A DNA stretch of 64,000 nt from Parachlamydiales bacterium (GTDB taxonomy: Bacteria > Chlamydiota > Chlamydiia > Chlamydiales > JAFEGQ01), in the NCBI GenBank assembly GCA_050250135.1, contig JBFWPF010000003.1, positions 3,142 through 67,141 on the forward strand, written 5' to 3'. The notes under the pieces are model-generated. The model was given only the letters and a program-made list of their open reading frames with translations, was not told where the DNA came from and made no database searches. The translations under genes were made by a program, and so were the position numbers. How positions within the stretch are numbered: position 1 is the stretch's first letter; every line of letters begins with the position of its first letter. Shown piece by piece: positions 8,724-18,179 of the stretch.

Positions 8724-10289
8724 AACGGTTTGGCGTTCGGGTTCGGGGAGGGAGACCTCTTCGACGACGTCGATATGGTCGCGCTCAGCCTTGGCAAAGT
8801 GGCGCCCTAAGTTCCGCACCGCAATGATCCAGCCGCCAAGGATGACCACAAGCATGCCGCCAATCCAGGGGATAATCGCGGCCACCTCCTTCCCGCTGAG
8901 GAGGAACATCGCCTGGTAGATCGCCGCTCCCCCCGACTTCCCTAGCCGAGAACCCACGCCGTCAATCGCCGCCTTGCCCTGAAGCCTCGACTCCTTGCTC
9001 ATCGGGATAAAGCACATCTCCTTCGTCGCATCAAAGACGGTGTACTTGGAGGCGCGGCTCATCACGTTTTGTGCCGAGCCAAAGAAGAGGATAAAGTTGG
9101 CCGCGCTCATCCCAAAGATGGCCGCGACCGTACTCACCGAATAACCAGAGAGGTACTGGAGGCCGAAAAAGCCGAGGCTGGTGATCAAGAGGACGATCGG
9201 TGTGACAAGGGCAACCCGGGTCCACCCAAAGCGGCGGATGGCATAGGAGGTGAAGAGGGCCATCACCGTGGAGACAATACTGGTAACGATAGTCACCTGA
9301 CCAAAATAGGCGTTGTAGAGGGCCTTATCGGAGTAGACCATTTTGACATGTTCCTTCCAGGCCACCTCAACGAGGTAGATCACGATGTTGTAGGCGACGG
9401 CGACGGTAGCGATGCTGAGGAGGTACTTGCTCCTGCTGATATGGGCAAAGCTGCCGAGGAGGGAGGCCTTCGAGCGCATCTTTTTGAGCTTCCGGTCGAT
9501 GCCGACCTGGGAGACCTCCATCCGGGGAGAGACGACCTGGAAGTGGTACCACCGGAAAAGGAAGAGGAGGGCAACCCCGGTCCCCAACACGGCAAGGGTA
9601 GTGAGGAGGAGGGAGTGGTAGTGGGGGTTGCTACTCCCCCATGTCGCCTTAACAAAGGCCATGGTGCACCACCCGGCCACGCAGCCCGAGAGGTTGGCCG
9701 AGATCGCAAAGAGGCTGTAGAACCGCTTGGCCTCCTCAATCTTGGTGATCTCGCTGGCATAGCCCCAAAAGAGGACGGTAAGGCACATCGCGCCCCAAAG
9801 CTCAGCCATCACATAAAAGAGGGCATAGGACCAGTAGCGGATCACCGCAATCATCCCGATAAGGCCGCTAGGCAGGTGCCCCTGAAGCCAATCGGCAAGC
9901 CCATGGAGATGGATCGTATCCCCTAATGGGTAGAGGACAAAGGTAAACAGGGCAAAAAAGGCGAGGAAGCCACAGATAATGGCATAAAAGAGTTTGGTTG
10001 TCGTCAGCCGGTGGCTCAGCTTGTAGAAGACAGCGGAGAGGAAGAAGGCCATCGGGAGGAGGACCCAGATCTTGGCAAAGGGAAGGGCGTGGGTTCCGCT
10101 GTTGGGAGCGGTGATGAGCATCGAGTCCTTAACGCATCGCAAGATGTTGTATATGAAGACGATGCCGAAGCTTAGGAGGCACATGGGGAGGACGCGGATC
10201 AGCTCGTGCCGTTCGACGGGGAAGAGGATGGAACGGGTTTTGGAGAGTAGCCTCCTTATAGAGCCATCAGACATAGGGGGTTTCCCCAT
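8721..10289 (-). CDS. TLC-family nucleotide transporter (ATP/ADP translocase, NTT)
   Basis: The N-terminal block is FPVERHELIRVLPMCLLSFGIVFIYNILRCVKDSMLIT. The protein has about 12 TM segments and a length (522 aa) typical of chlamydial/rickettsial Npt/Tlc proteins. Confidence 0.9.
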   Translation of the reverse strand: MGKPPMSDGSIRRLLSKTRSILFPVERHELIRVLPMCLLSFGIVFIYNILRCVKDSMLITAPNSGTHALPFAKIWVLLPMAFFLSAVFYKLSHRLTTTKLFYAIICGFLAFFALFTFVLYPLGDTIHLHGLADWLQGHLPSGLIGMIAVIRYWSYALFYVMAELWGAMCLTVLFWGYASEITKIEEAKRFYSLFAISANLSGCVAGWCTMAFVKATWGSSNPHYHSLLLTTLAVLGTGVALLFLFRWYHFQVVSPRMEVSQVGIDRKLKKMRSKASLLGSFAHISRSKYLLSIATVAVAYNIVIYLVEVAWKEHVKMVYSDKALYNAYFGQVTIVTSIVSTVMALFTSYAIRRFGWTRVALVTPIVLLITSLGFFGLQYLSGYSVSTVAAIFGMSAANFILFFGSAQNVMSRASKYTVFDATKEMCFIPMSKESRLQGKAAIDGVGSRLGKSGGAAIYQAMFLLSGKEVAAIIPWIGGMLVVILGGWIIAVRNLGRHFAKAERDHIDVVEEVSLPEPERQTV

Positions 10290-10419
10290 GCAACAAGGAG
10301 GGTATTGAGAGGGGCAGGAGGGGGAGAGTGGGGAGCCCTAGGGGCTGGTTGTCCATGGTCCTCTTGTCCATTGACGAGGGCCGCAGTATAGCGGAAAGGG
10401 CGATCGGACGCAAGGGGTA

Positions 10420-10484
10420 GGGTACATGTTCACGAGGGTAACCCCCGCCCCTAGGGAGGGGGTTACCCTCGTGAACATGTACCC
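10420..10484. repeat. Perfect 27-bp inverted repeat with an 11-nt spacer (hairpin/operator candidate)
   Basis: GGGTACATGTTCACGAGGGTAACCCCC - gcccctaggga - GGGGGTTACCCTCGTGAACATGTACCC. Confidence 0.85.
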
Positions 10485-10548
10485 GGTAACTCCCTTAAAA
10501 TCGGAAATGGGGCAAAATGGAGAAAAAATCTCGAATCTGCCCCATCCC

Positions 10549-11709
10549 ATGTTTAATAGAGCATTAGCTACTAAACTTAAAGAACTTGCAAAAAAGTACC
10601 GGGTGGTCACTATAACCGGACCTCGCCAGTCAGGCAAGACGACCCTGGTCCGCAAGGTCTTTCCCGACAAGCGATACGTCAACCTGGAGATGCCGGAAGA
10701 GCGGGAACTGGCGGAGCGGGATCCTCAGGCCTTTCTTGAAAGGTATCCTAATGGGGCTATCCTTGATGAAATCCAAAGGGTTCCCCAGCTTCTCTCCTAT
10801 ATTCAGGTGATCGTGGATGAGAAGGAGGCTAAGGGGATGTTTATCCTAACTGGGAGCCATCAGCTTGCCCTCCATGCCGCTGTTGCCCAGTCTCTAGCGG
10901 GTAGAACTGCCCTTCTCTCCCTACTCCCTATGAGCCTTAAGGAGCTGGAGGAGGCAGGTATCACCCTTTCATTAGATGAGGCCCTTTACACGGGAGGGTT
11001 CCCCGCGATCTTTCAGGACCAGTTGGAGCCGACCAAAGCCTATCGCAATTACCTGCAGACCTATATCGAACGGGACCTCCACCAGATGACCCACGTGCAC
11101 GACCTCACCCTCTTTCAGCGGTTTATGGTCCTTTGTGCGGGGAGGATCGGGCAGGTGCTCAATCAGGAGGGGTTGGCCAATGAGGTGGGGGTCTCCGGAC
11201 AGACCATCCGGCAATGGCTCTCTATTTTGGAGGCATCCCATATCGTGATCCGTTTACAGCCCTATTATGAAAATCTAGGCAAACGGGTGATCAAATCGCC
11301 CAAGCTCTACTTCACCGATGTCGGGCTTGCCAGCTACCTGCTGAAAATTGAGAGCGCGGAACAGATGTCGCGGGACCCTCTTCGAGGAAGCTTGATCGAG
11401 AACCTGGTCCTCCTAGAGCTGGTCAAAGCCCGAGCTAACCAGGGGCTCGATCCCAACCTCTACTACTTCCGCGATAGGCGGGGCCGGGAGATTGACCTGA
11501 TCTATCAGAGGGGGCGGGAACTTATCCCAATCGAGATCAAGGGGGCTCAGACCTTCAATAAAGAGTTTTTTAAAAATCTCCTTTTCTTCAAAGAGCTGGT
11601 GGGTGAGCGCTGCCCTGTTGGGTATGCGGTTTATGCGGGGCAACAGGAGCAGCGAGTAGGCGAATTTGCCCTTCTCAACTACCGGCACGTCTCCCGCCTA
11701 CTGGACTAG
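10549..11709 (+). CDS. AAA-family ATPase with a DUF4143-type C-terminus
   Basis: MFNRALATKLKELAKKYRVVTITGPRQSGKTTL contains a Walker A motif close to the N-terminus. The track ORF starts at 10426, inside the hairpin. ATG 10549 fits the usual family N-terminus. Confidence 0.8.
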   Translation: MFNRALATKLKELAKKYRVVTITGPRQSGKTTLVRKVFPDKRYVNLEMPEERELAERDPQAFLERYPNGAILDEIQRVPQLLSYIQVIVDEKEAKGMFILTGSHQLALHAAVAQSLAGRTALLSLLPMSLKELEEAGITLSLDEALYTGGFPAIFQDQLEPTKAYRNYLQTYIERDLHQMTHVHDLTLFQRFMVLCAGRIGQVLNQEGLANEVGVSGQTIRQWLSILEASHIVIRLQPYYENLGKRVIKSPKLYFTDVGLASYLLKIESAEQMSRDPLRGSLIENLVLLELVKARANQGLDPNLYYFRDRRGREIDLIYQRGRELIPIEIKGAQTFNKEFFKNLLFFKELVGERCPVGYAVYAGQQEQRVGEFALLNYRHVSRLLD

Positions 11710-11713
11710 GGAA

Positions 11714-13039
11714 TTACCGTTTTTTGGTGGGGATAATGAGGACCTTCTCGACGCAGCGGTCGCTTGACTCGAGAATCTCTAACTCAAAGTCATCGTGGTG
11801 GATGCGGAGCCCCTTTGGAGGGATCTCCCCGGCGCGATGGAAGGCATACCCCCCAATCGTGTCGTAGTCCCCCTCTTGAGGGATGGTGATGTCAAAGGCA
11901 TCCTCAATGTCGAGGATGGACATCCGAGCGTCGACGATCCACCCTCCCCCCTCCTGAGCGACAAAGAGGGGCTCCTCTTCGTCATACTCGTCGGCAATCT
12001 CCCCAACGATCTCCTCCAAGCAGTTCTCAATGGTAACGATCCCCTCGGTACCCCCATATTCGTCGACGACAACGGCCAGGTGGCTCTGCTTTTGCCGAAA
12101 CTCGCGCAGGAGGTGGATGACCGAGCTGGTCTCGGGAACAAAGAGGACCGGCTTGGCATGGGTGGAGACGGGCTGGTCGAGGGGAGAGAAATCGCCGCTC
12201 TCGCTGCACCTGAGGAGGAGGCCCATGAGGTCTCGGTACATAAGGAGGCCGACAATGTGGTCGAGGTTCTCCCGGTAGACGGGTGCCCGGCTATACCCCT
12301 CCCGGGTAAGGAGCTCGATGGCCGTCTTGAGGGTGCTATCGGCCTCGATGCCAAAGATGTCGATGCGGGGGACCATGATCTCCCGGACGATCCGCTCGGG
12401 CAGCTCAGCGACCGATTCGAGGAGAGCCTTCTCCTCTTCTTCAGCGCTGGTGCTGGTAGGGGCCTGCTGAATCATCTCGACGATCTTCTCCTTCATCTGC
12501 TCGACGGGGTGGTGGAGGTCGGGCATGTAGAGGGAGGAGAAGCGGCGCCCTGAGAGGAGGAGGAGAAGGAGGGTGGCGGGGAGGGCGATGAGGAGGTAGA
12601 GGGTGGCAAAGGGGCCAAAAAAGCGGAGCATCGGCTCGGGATGGCGGAGGGCAAGGGCCCTGGGGATATAGTCGCCGATCACGAGGAGGAAGGGGAAAGC
12701 GACGATAAGGGCGATGATGAGGAGGGTGTTGACCCAGGCGTAAGAGAGGGAGCCCCCTTGGAGGGTCTCGCTAAAGATGTAGAGGAGGATGGCGAGGCAG
12801 ATGGTGAGGATGTAGCGGACCGCATGGCGAGCACAGGAGAGGGAAAAGAGGAGGGCCTCCTGCTCGCGCTCGCCGAAAAGGGGGCGGAGGAGGGTGCGGT
12901 AGAAGTAGAAGTAGCCGCTGCTCCGGAGCTGCTCCTGGGAGTGGGTCTGCTCAAGGCTCCGAAAGCCGCGGGTAACCGCCTGCAGGACAAAGGAGCCAAA
13001 GAGTCCGATAAAAAAGATGATCGTGCCGGTCAGAATCAT
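11714..13039 (-). CDS. CNNM/hemolysin-family protein (DUF21 TM domain, CBS pair, CorC_HlyC; TlyC/CorC-like)
   Basis: The N-terminus is TM-rich. CBS region: IMVPRIDIFGI..YSRAPVY. CorC_HlyC end: GGWIVDARMSILDIED..IGGYAFHRAGEIP. Confidence 0.85.
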   Translation of the reverse strand: MILTGTIIFFIGLFGSFVLQAVTRGFRSLEQTHSQEQLRSSGYFYFYRTLLRPLFGEREQEALLFSLSCARHAVRYILTICLAILLYIFSETLQGGSLSYAWVNTLLIIALIVAFPFLLVIGDYIPRALALRHPEPMLRFFGPFATLYLLIALPATLLLLLLSGRRFSSLYMPDLHHPVEQMKEKIVEMIQQAPTSTSAEEEEKALLESVAELPERIVREIMVPRIDIFGIEADSTLKTAIELLTREGYSRAPVYRENLDHIVGLLMYRDLMGLLLRCSESGDFSPLDQPVSTHAKPVLFVPETSSVIHLLREFRQKQSHLAVVVDEYGGTEGIVTIENCLEEIVGEIADEYDEEEPLFVAQEGGGWIVDARMSILDIEDAFDITIPQEGDYDTIGGYAFHRAGEIPPKGLRIHHDDFELEILESSDRCVEKVLIIPTKKR

Positions 13040-13521
13040 GGGGTCAGGAGCCTCCCTGCTGTTTGGAGCCGCTCCATGTGGCGCCTCTCGGCCTCTCTCA
13101 TCTCTCTCTCCCTCCCCTCCTCTTTGTCATCATAACCCAAAAGGTGCAAGAGGCCATGGACGAGGTAAAGGGTGGTCTCCCAGTAGGGATCCCCCCCGTG
13201 CTCTTGGGTGTAGAGGAGGGCCTGCTTGGGGCAGACAAAAACATCGCCAAGAAGCTCTCCGTCCACGGGAAGGGAGATGCAATCGGTTAGGCTGGGATCC
13301 TGAAAGTACTCCATATGGAGCTGGGACATTTCGGTGGCATCGACAAAGTGAATCCCCACCTCTTGGGGCTCTTTCCCCTCATCGGCTACGACCGACTGGG
13401 CGATCGGGCCTGCCCCCGCCTCGCTGAGCGAAAGGTCGGTTTGCCGGTTCTCGATGATCACGTCCAAGATTACTTTTTCTTCGGCAGCTTGACTTGAGGA
13501 GAGGGGCCTAGGTCGACCCAA
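13036..13521 (-). CDS. ybeY: Endoribonuclease YbeY (rRNA maturation factor)
   Basis: The metal motif is VHGLLHLLGYDD; the usual third His reads Asp here. The real start is probably internal, near 13465, because the long ORF overlaps the upstream gene by about 50 nt. Confidence 0.8.
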   Translation of the reverse strand: MGRPRPLSSSQAAEEKVILDVIIENRQTDLSLSEAGAGPIAQSVVADEGKEPQEVGIHFVDATEMSQLHMEYFQDPSLTDCISLPVDGELLGDVFVCPKQALLYTQEHGGDPYWETTLYLVHGLLHLLGYDDKEEGREREMREAERRHMERLQTAGRLLTP

Positions 13522-15395
13522 ATAGGAGAGCTCCAGGCGATATGGTCATCGGTCTGGGTGACCCGCAGGTAGTAGTAGGCAAAGGGAGATTGTTCGGCCG
13601 GCCCCTCGAGGACCACCTTGCGGAGATCCTCCATGTCGTCGTAGGTAAATTCGGCATAGTCGCGATCGGCTTTGAAAGTGGTAAGCACCTTTCCATTGCG
13701 GATCAGCTCGATCGAGGCGATCCCATCTGTCGCGGCGACATAGCCGGCGATGTGGCGGTTGACGATCAGGCCAGGCTTTTCGTCGGTCGAGAGCTCGCTA
13801 CCGATGTGGCGCCCCGCTACAGAGAGGCCGACCACGATCCGGGCTCCAGTGGTGGCGTAGCAGGAGCGGTTAAAGAGGGCGGCGGTCAGCGCCTCCCGGG
13901 TGTGCTTGGAGGCGATGATCGCGGTAAGCCCGGGGCTATACTGGCGCTGGTCGCTCTCGTAGAATTGGCTGTAGATCCCCCGGTCATCCAGTCCCCCGGC
14001 CACAAAACCAAACCGGTGGCCCCGCTTGAGGGCGGCCTGAACCGAGCCGGCCGCCAGCTCCTTTACCCCCCCCTTTCCGTCGGAGGTGATGGGGCGGGTA
14101 TTCCCCTCTTTCTCGGTGCACTCAGAGGAGCCCCAGGCGTTGTAGATCTCCACCACACGCTCAAACTCAGGGAGGACCTCGTTAAAGTCGAACCCATGTT
14201 TCCCCCCCATGGTGAAGGTGGGGATGGAGAGGAGCTCGCCAGCGGGAATGCTCCGGTAGATCTTGGCGAGCTGGTTGTTCTTGAGGTCCTTGCTGCGGAG
14301 GAGGGGCTTATTGTCCTTGGTGTAGATCATCTGCCGGGTCCCTTCGGCGGGTGACTCCCCTGTCCACTGAAAGCCGAGGAGGGCGGTAAACCGGTCATCC
14401 TCGTTGAAGCTTTGGATATTCTGGTTGACGAGCCGCCACACCTCGTTGGAGGTCTCATCGGGGCTGTCAAAGCAGGAGGTGGAGGCAAAGTTGAGGCTGA
14501 GGTCATCCCGAAGGACGCGCAGGTAGGACTCGACGTTCTCAGCTGAGTCATACCGCTCCGACTCCCCATGGAGGAGGCCCCAGAAAATCTGGTCCTCAAT
14601 GTCGGAGAGGCACTTTACAGGGGCCGAGAGGAAGATCTCCTTGGTCTTCACATTCTCGAGGCGGATCCGGTAGATCCCCTCCTCGCGAAAGTAGAGGTTG
14701 GGGAGGGTCACAAAGCCGGTCTCGGGGACGTAGAGCTTCCAGTTGAGGTTCTCCCGGAGGTTCTCATAGGAGAGGTCGATCAGGGTGTCGTCAGGGGCGT
14801 CGGAGGTGAGGTTGCCAAACTCATCCTCAAAGCGGATGGTGATATCAAATCTTTTGTTGCGGGCGACGAGGGAGGGGGCTAGGACGCGGATATTGGCGAG
14901 CTCACTGCCCCGCACATCGAGCTGAAAGGGTTCGGCCTCCCCGTAGCTCCCCGTCCCTTTGGGGTCGAGGTAGAGGTGGAAGGTCCGCCGCCGCTGGGTA
15001 AAGAGCTGAGCCCGGTTCCCCTTTTCGTGGCTCTGCTTGGCCTTGGCAGGGGGAGCTCCCACCACAATGGTAAAGCTCTCCCCGACCTTGAGGTTTGAGG
15101 GGAGCTCGAACTCATAGTGGGGGGTGATCGAATCGGCCGCCTCAACCTCTTTGGCTGCGACCGGTTTCTGCCCTTCTACCTCGGCGTAGATGACGTTTGA
15201 GGCCGCTTTCAGGTTGACCTGGGGGGCCTCCCAGTCGATATCCCGACCGAGGTTGCCCATATCAAACTTAAATTTAGCACCCGCCTTGAGGGCATTTGCG
15301 GTCTGGAAGACAAATCGCCAGGTACCGATCTCCCCTGCTCGGAGGGAGCTCGGCTCGCAAAGACCAATGGAACGCCTCATTCGCATGAGGGGCAT
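13470..15395 (-). CDS. Conserved hypothetical 641-aa protein, possibly DUF3604/PHP-like
   Basis: The ORF is long, GC3-rich and uninterrupted. The central IFWGLLHGES and C-terminal YYYLRVTQTDDHIAWSSPIWV blocks resemble my memory of DUF3604. This was not verified. Confidence 0.5.
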   Translation of the reverse strand: MPLMRMRRSIGLCEPSSLRAGEIGTWRFVFQTANALKAGAKFKFDMGNLGRDIDWEAPQVNLKAASNVIYAEVEGQKPVAAKEVEAADSITPHYEFELPSNLKVGESFTIVVGAPPAKAKQSHEKGNRAQLFTQRRRTFHLYLDPKGTGSYGEAEPFQLDVRGSELANIRVLAPSLVARNKRFDITIRFEDEFGNLTSDAPDDTLIDLSYENLRENLNWKLYVPETGFVTLPNLYFREEGIYRIRLENVKTKEIFLSAPVKCLSDIEDQIFWGLLHGESERYDSAENVESYLRVLRDDLSLNFASTSCFDSPDETSNEVWRLVNQNIQSFNEDDRFTALLGFQWTGESPAEGTRQMIYTKDNKPLLRSKDLKNNQLAKIYRSIPAGELLSIPTFTMGGKHGFDFNEVLPEFERVVEIYNAWGSSECTEKEGNTRPITSDGKGGVKELAAGSVQAALKRGHRFGFVAGGLDDRGIYSQFYESDQRQYSPGLTAIIASKHTREALTAALFNRSCYATTGARIVVGLSVAGRHIGSELSTDEKPGLIVNRHIAGYVAATDGIASIELIRNGKVLTTFKADRDYAEFTYDDMEDLRKVVLEGPAEQSPFAYYYLRVTQTDDHIAWSSPIWVDLGPSPQVKLPKKK

Positions 15396-15401
15396 TATGG
15401 G

Positions 15402-16109
15402 CTAACGGTGAATCAAGGTCAAGAATCCCTGATAGGTGAAAGCGCCGAGGATGCCGCCAATGATGGGGATGAAGATGGGGAGGAGGGCCGAGCGCCACTC
15501 CCCGCTCCCCTGCCGGCCGGGCAGCAGGGTGCAAAAAGCGCGGGAGCCGAGATCGCGGGCGGGGTTAAGGGTAAAGCCGGGAGCGGTGCCACAAGCGGCA
15601 TAGAGGGCCAAAACGATCAGGCCGATCAAAAAGGGGGCCATAGCAGCCACATCGGTGCTGCGAACCGCAATCATCCCGGCAAGGAAGATAAAAGAGGGGA
15701 GGAGGGCGGCCACAAGGGGGGACCACCCTGGGGTGGAGGGGGTCGCAAAGAGGGGCAAGAGGTTGCTATTGGAAGGGAGGCGGGCCCATCTGGTCCAAAA
15801 GAGGAGGTAGGCGCACCCAGCGCCAAGAAAGCTCCCGACCAGCTGCCCGCCCAAGTAGAGGGGGACCCATTTCCAGGGGACCTGGCCAATGACGGCGTAA
15901 CCCAAGGTGACGGCCGGATTGAGGTGCCCCTCCGAGATCGGATGGACCATGTAAATGGCGATTGCCCACCCGAGCCCCCAGGCAATGGCGATTTCGAGCC
16001 GCCCCTCAATCTTCTGGAGTGAGCCGCTAAAGCGGGCCATGCAATAGGCAGAGGTGCCGAGCAGGAAGAGGACAAAGGTTCCGAAAAGCTCGGCAATAAA
16101 GAGGCTCAT
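15402..16109 (-). CDS. MIP-family channel (aquaporin/aquaglyceroporin)
   Basis: Two NPA boxes are present (HLNPAVTLG and LNPARDLG) with six TM segments. Confidence 0.85.
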   Translation of the reverse strand: MSLFIAELFGTFVLFLLGTSAYCMARFSGSLQKIEGRLEIAIAWGLGWAIAIYMVHPISEGHLNPAVTLGYAVIGQVPWKWVPLYLGGQLVGSFLGAGCAYLLFWTRWARLPSNSNLLPLFATPSTPGWSPLVAALLPSFIFLAGMIAVRSTDVAAMAPFLIGLIVLALYAACGTAPGFTLNPARDLGSRAFCTLLPGRQGSGEWRSALLPIFIPIIGGILGAFTYQGFLTLIHR

Positions 16110-17068
16110 CGGAAAATGCGTTGGATGCTCTGATTGATCGCTTGAATGGGGACACCTAGGTCCTCAGACATCATCTTGGTCAGCTGCTGGATGGCCGTCG
16201 TCTTGGCATAGATGTCCGATACGGTGTTGTTCCCCATCGTGGCCGCTTGGGCCTGCATCTGCCGCACCGCCCCTAAAGCCCCATCATAGGTGGTCCAAAC
16301 GCCGGGAAAGTTCTTTCGCAAGTCCTCACCCTCCTGGTTGGGAGCATTCATCGCCTGCAGGAGGCGGACCATCTGCTCAGGGGTAACCACCAGCTTTCCA
16401 TACTTGTCGGAGAGCTCTTTAAAGCCCTTCGCCAATTCGATAACCTTCTCTTTGCTCTTTTTTTGCCCGATAGCCATAACGATAATACCCGCAATCCCCA
16501 CAAGCTGTTTTAGTGCTTCGGGGGGCTTACCCAATATCTTGTCCGGCCACGCTTTGAGTGTCTGTTCGAGGGTCTTCACGTCCGCTTGGAGGGTCAAGTA
16601 GTCGGACTTTTTCTCCTTTTTGTTATCCCAGTCCTTGATGTACTGCTGCAAGTCGTCGTTGAACTGGCGAACCGCTTCGATGATCCCACCCCCTTGCAGC
16701 AGCTGTGCGATCTGGTCGAGCGAGTTGATGAGCAGGCTGTAGTAGGGGCTATTCTTAAAAGGGAGCATATCCTGCTTCACCTGGTCGATCGAGCTCTCCA
16801 CATTGGTGACAATGGTGGAGGGGCTTTCGGAGGTGTCGGTAACGGCATTGAGGGCGGCAGCAAGGGTGACGAGGTCTTTGGCGAGTTTGCCCAGATTTTT
16901 CCCCTCGTTGGCATCCCCCTGCAGGCTCTCCCTAAAGGTCTCCAGGATCTTCTGAAATTCGGCTAAGAGGACCCCGGCGAGTCCCCCCTCCCCCATTCCG
17001 GGGATTTTGGGCGCCTCGGCAAAACCGGTGATGTGGAACTGAATATTCCCTGAATCGCCACTCGACAT
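16106..17068 (-). CDS. Hypothetical helical protein with one hydrophobic segment (LVGIAGIIVMAIG)
   Basis: The ORF is GC3-rich. An AT-rich promoter-like region lies upstream (17069-17174). Its stop overlaps the MIP start (ATGA). I recognise no motif. Confidence 0.6.
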   Translation of the reverse strand: MSSGDSGNIQFHITGFAEAPKIPGMGEGGLAGVLLAEFQKILETFRESLQGDANEGKNLGKLAKDLVTLAAALNAVTDTSESPSTIVTNVESSIDQVKQDMLPFKNSPYYSLLINSLDQIAQLLQGGGIIEAVRQFNDDLQQYIKDWDNKKEKKSDYLTLQADVKTLEQTLKAWPDKILGKPPEALKQLVGIAGIIVMAIGQKKSKEKVIELAKGFKELSDKYGKLVVTPEQMVRLLQAMNAPNQEGEDLRKNFPGVWTTYDGALGAVRQMQAQAATMGNNTVSDIYAKTTAIQQLTKMMSEDLGVPIQAINQSIQRIFR

Positions 17069-17174
17069 CGATTAACCTCACAATTGTCTAATTTAATTAT
17101 AACATCGCAAGTAATTAGATATCAATAGATAGCGCCGTTTTTGTTAGTAGTTGAAAATAAATGAAGTGGAAATT

Positions 17175-18179
17175 TTAGTGTAAAGTAGGTGTTAATCTGA
17201 GGGCGGGCATGAGCGCGGCAAAGGTCTCGGGTGAGAGGGCTTGGGGGCGGTCGGTGAGGGCCGCTTCGGGGTGGGGGTGGACCTCCAGCATCACCCCATC
17301 GGCACCGGCGGCGATAGCAGCTTTAGCCATGGGGGGGACGAGGGAGGCCTTTCCGCAGGCGTGGCTCGGGTCGACAATCACAGGCAGGCGGCCAAGCTCC
17401 TTGAGGGCGGGGACGGCGGCCAGGTCGAGGGTATTGCGGGTGTAGGGTTCAAAGGTCCGGATGCCCCGCTCACACAGGATCACCCGGTCGTTTCCTCGGC
17501 TCATGATGTACTCGGCAGCGAGGAGGAGCTCCTCGTAGGTGGCCGAGAAGCCTCGCTTGAGGAGGACCGGCTTGTCGGTGGTTCCGAGGGCCTTGAGGAG
17601 GGGGGTGTTTTGCATGTTGCGGGCGCCGACCTGGATCACATCGACATAGTCGACAATCAGGTCGAGGGCTCCGATCTCCATCACTTCGGAGACGGTGGGG
17701 AGGCCGGCTGCCTGAGCGGCCGCCTTGAGGTAGCGGAGCCCCTCCTTACCGAGCCCTTGGAAGGTGTAGGGAGAGGTGCGGGGCTTGTAAGCTCCGCCAC
17801 GGAGCATATCGGCCCCAAGGTGGGCCATTAAGAGGGCCGACTCGTAGATCTGCTCCTCACTCTCAACGGAGCAGGGGCCGGCGATGATCACGGGGTCTCC
17901 CCCTCCGATGACCACCCCTCCAACCTCGACGGTAATGGGAGAGGGGTCAAGCTCTTTACCGGCTAAGCGGTAGGGCTTGGTGAAGGAGCGGACCTCCCGA
18001 ACAAGGGGAAGGCGGCGGAGTTGGTCGGCGGTCATCAACCCCCGGCTCCCCTCTTCGAGGTGGAGGTGGATCGCCTCTCCGCCGGTGTGAGCGGAGACCG
18101 GGAGTCCAAGCCACTCGAGGTGGGCGATGAGGTCGTCGATCTGGTCTGAGGTGGCGTCTGGGTTGAGGACTAAGAGCAT
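17175..18179 (-). CDS. 3-deoxy-7-phosphoheptulonate (DAHP) synthase, type I-beta, with an N-terminal ferredoxin-like regulatory domain
   Basis: The catalytic region contains [33 protein letters not shown]. The ~75-aa N-terminal extension resembles that of the Thermotoga-type enzyme. Confidence 0.9.
   Translation of the reverse strand: MLLVLNPDATSDQIDDLIAHLEWLGLPVSAHTGGEAIHLHLEEGSRGLMTADQLRRLPLVREVRSFTKPYRLAGKELDPSPITVEVGGVVIGGGDPVIIAGPCSVESEEQIYESALLMAHLGADMLRGGAYKPRTSPYTFQGLGKEGLRYLKAAAQAAGLPTVSEVMEIGALDLIVDYVDVIQVGARNMQNTPLLKALGTTDKPVLLKRGFSATYEELLLAAEYIMSRGNDRVILCERGIRTFEPYTRNTLDLAAVPALKELGRLPVIVDPSHACGKASLVPPMAKAAIAAGADGVMLEVHPHPEAALTDRPQALSPETFAALMPALRLTPTLH

Noticed and set aside
9069-9926. 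285-aa plus-strand ORF, with further ORFs at 9380-9760 and 9367-9552
   Set aside because: They are antisense or alternative frames within the nucleotide transporter gene, and their composition is not protein-like.
13542-14354. 270-aa plus-strand ORF
   Set aside because: It is antisense to the 641-aa conserved hypothetical gene. The minus-strand frame has coherent GC3 bias and runs the full 1.9 kb.
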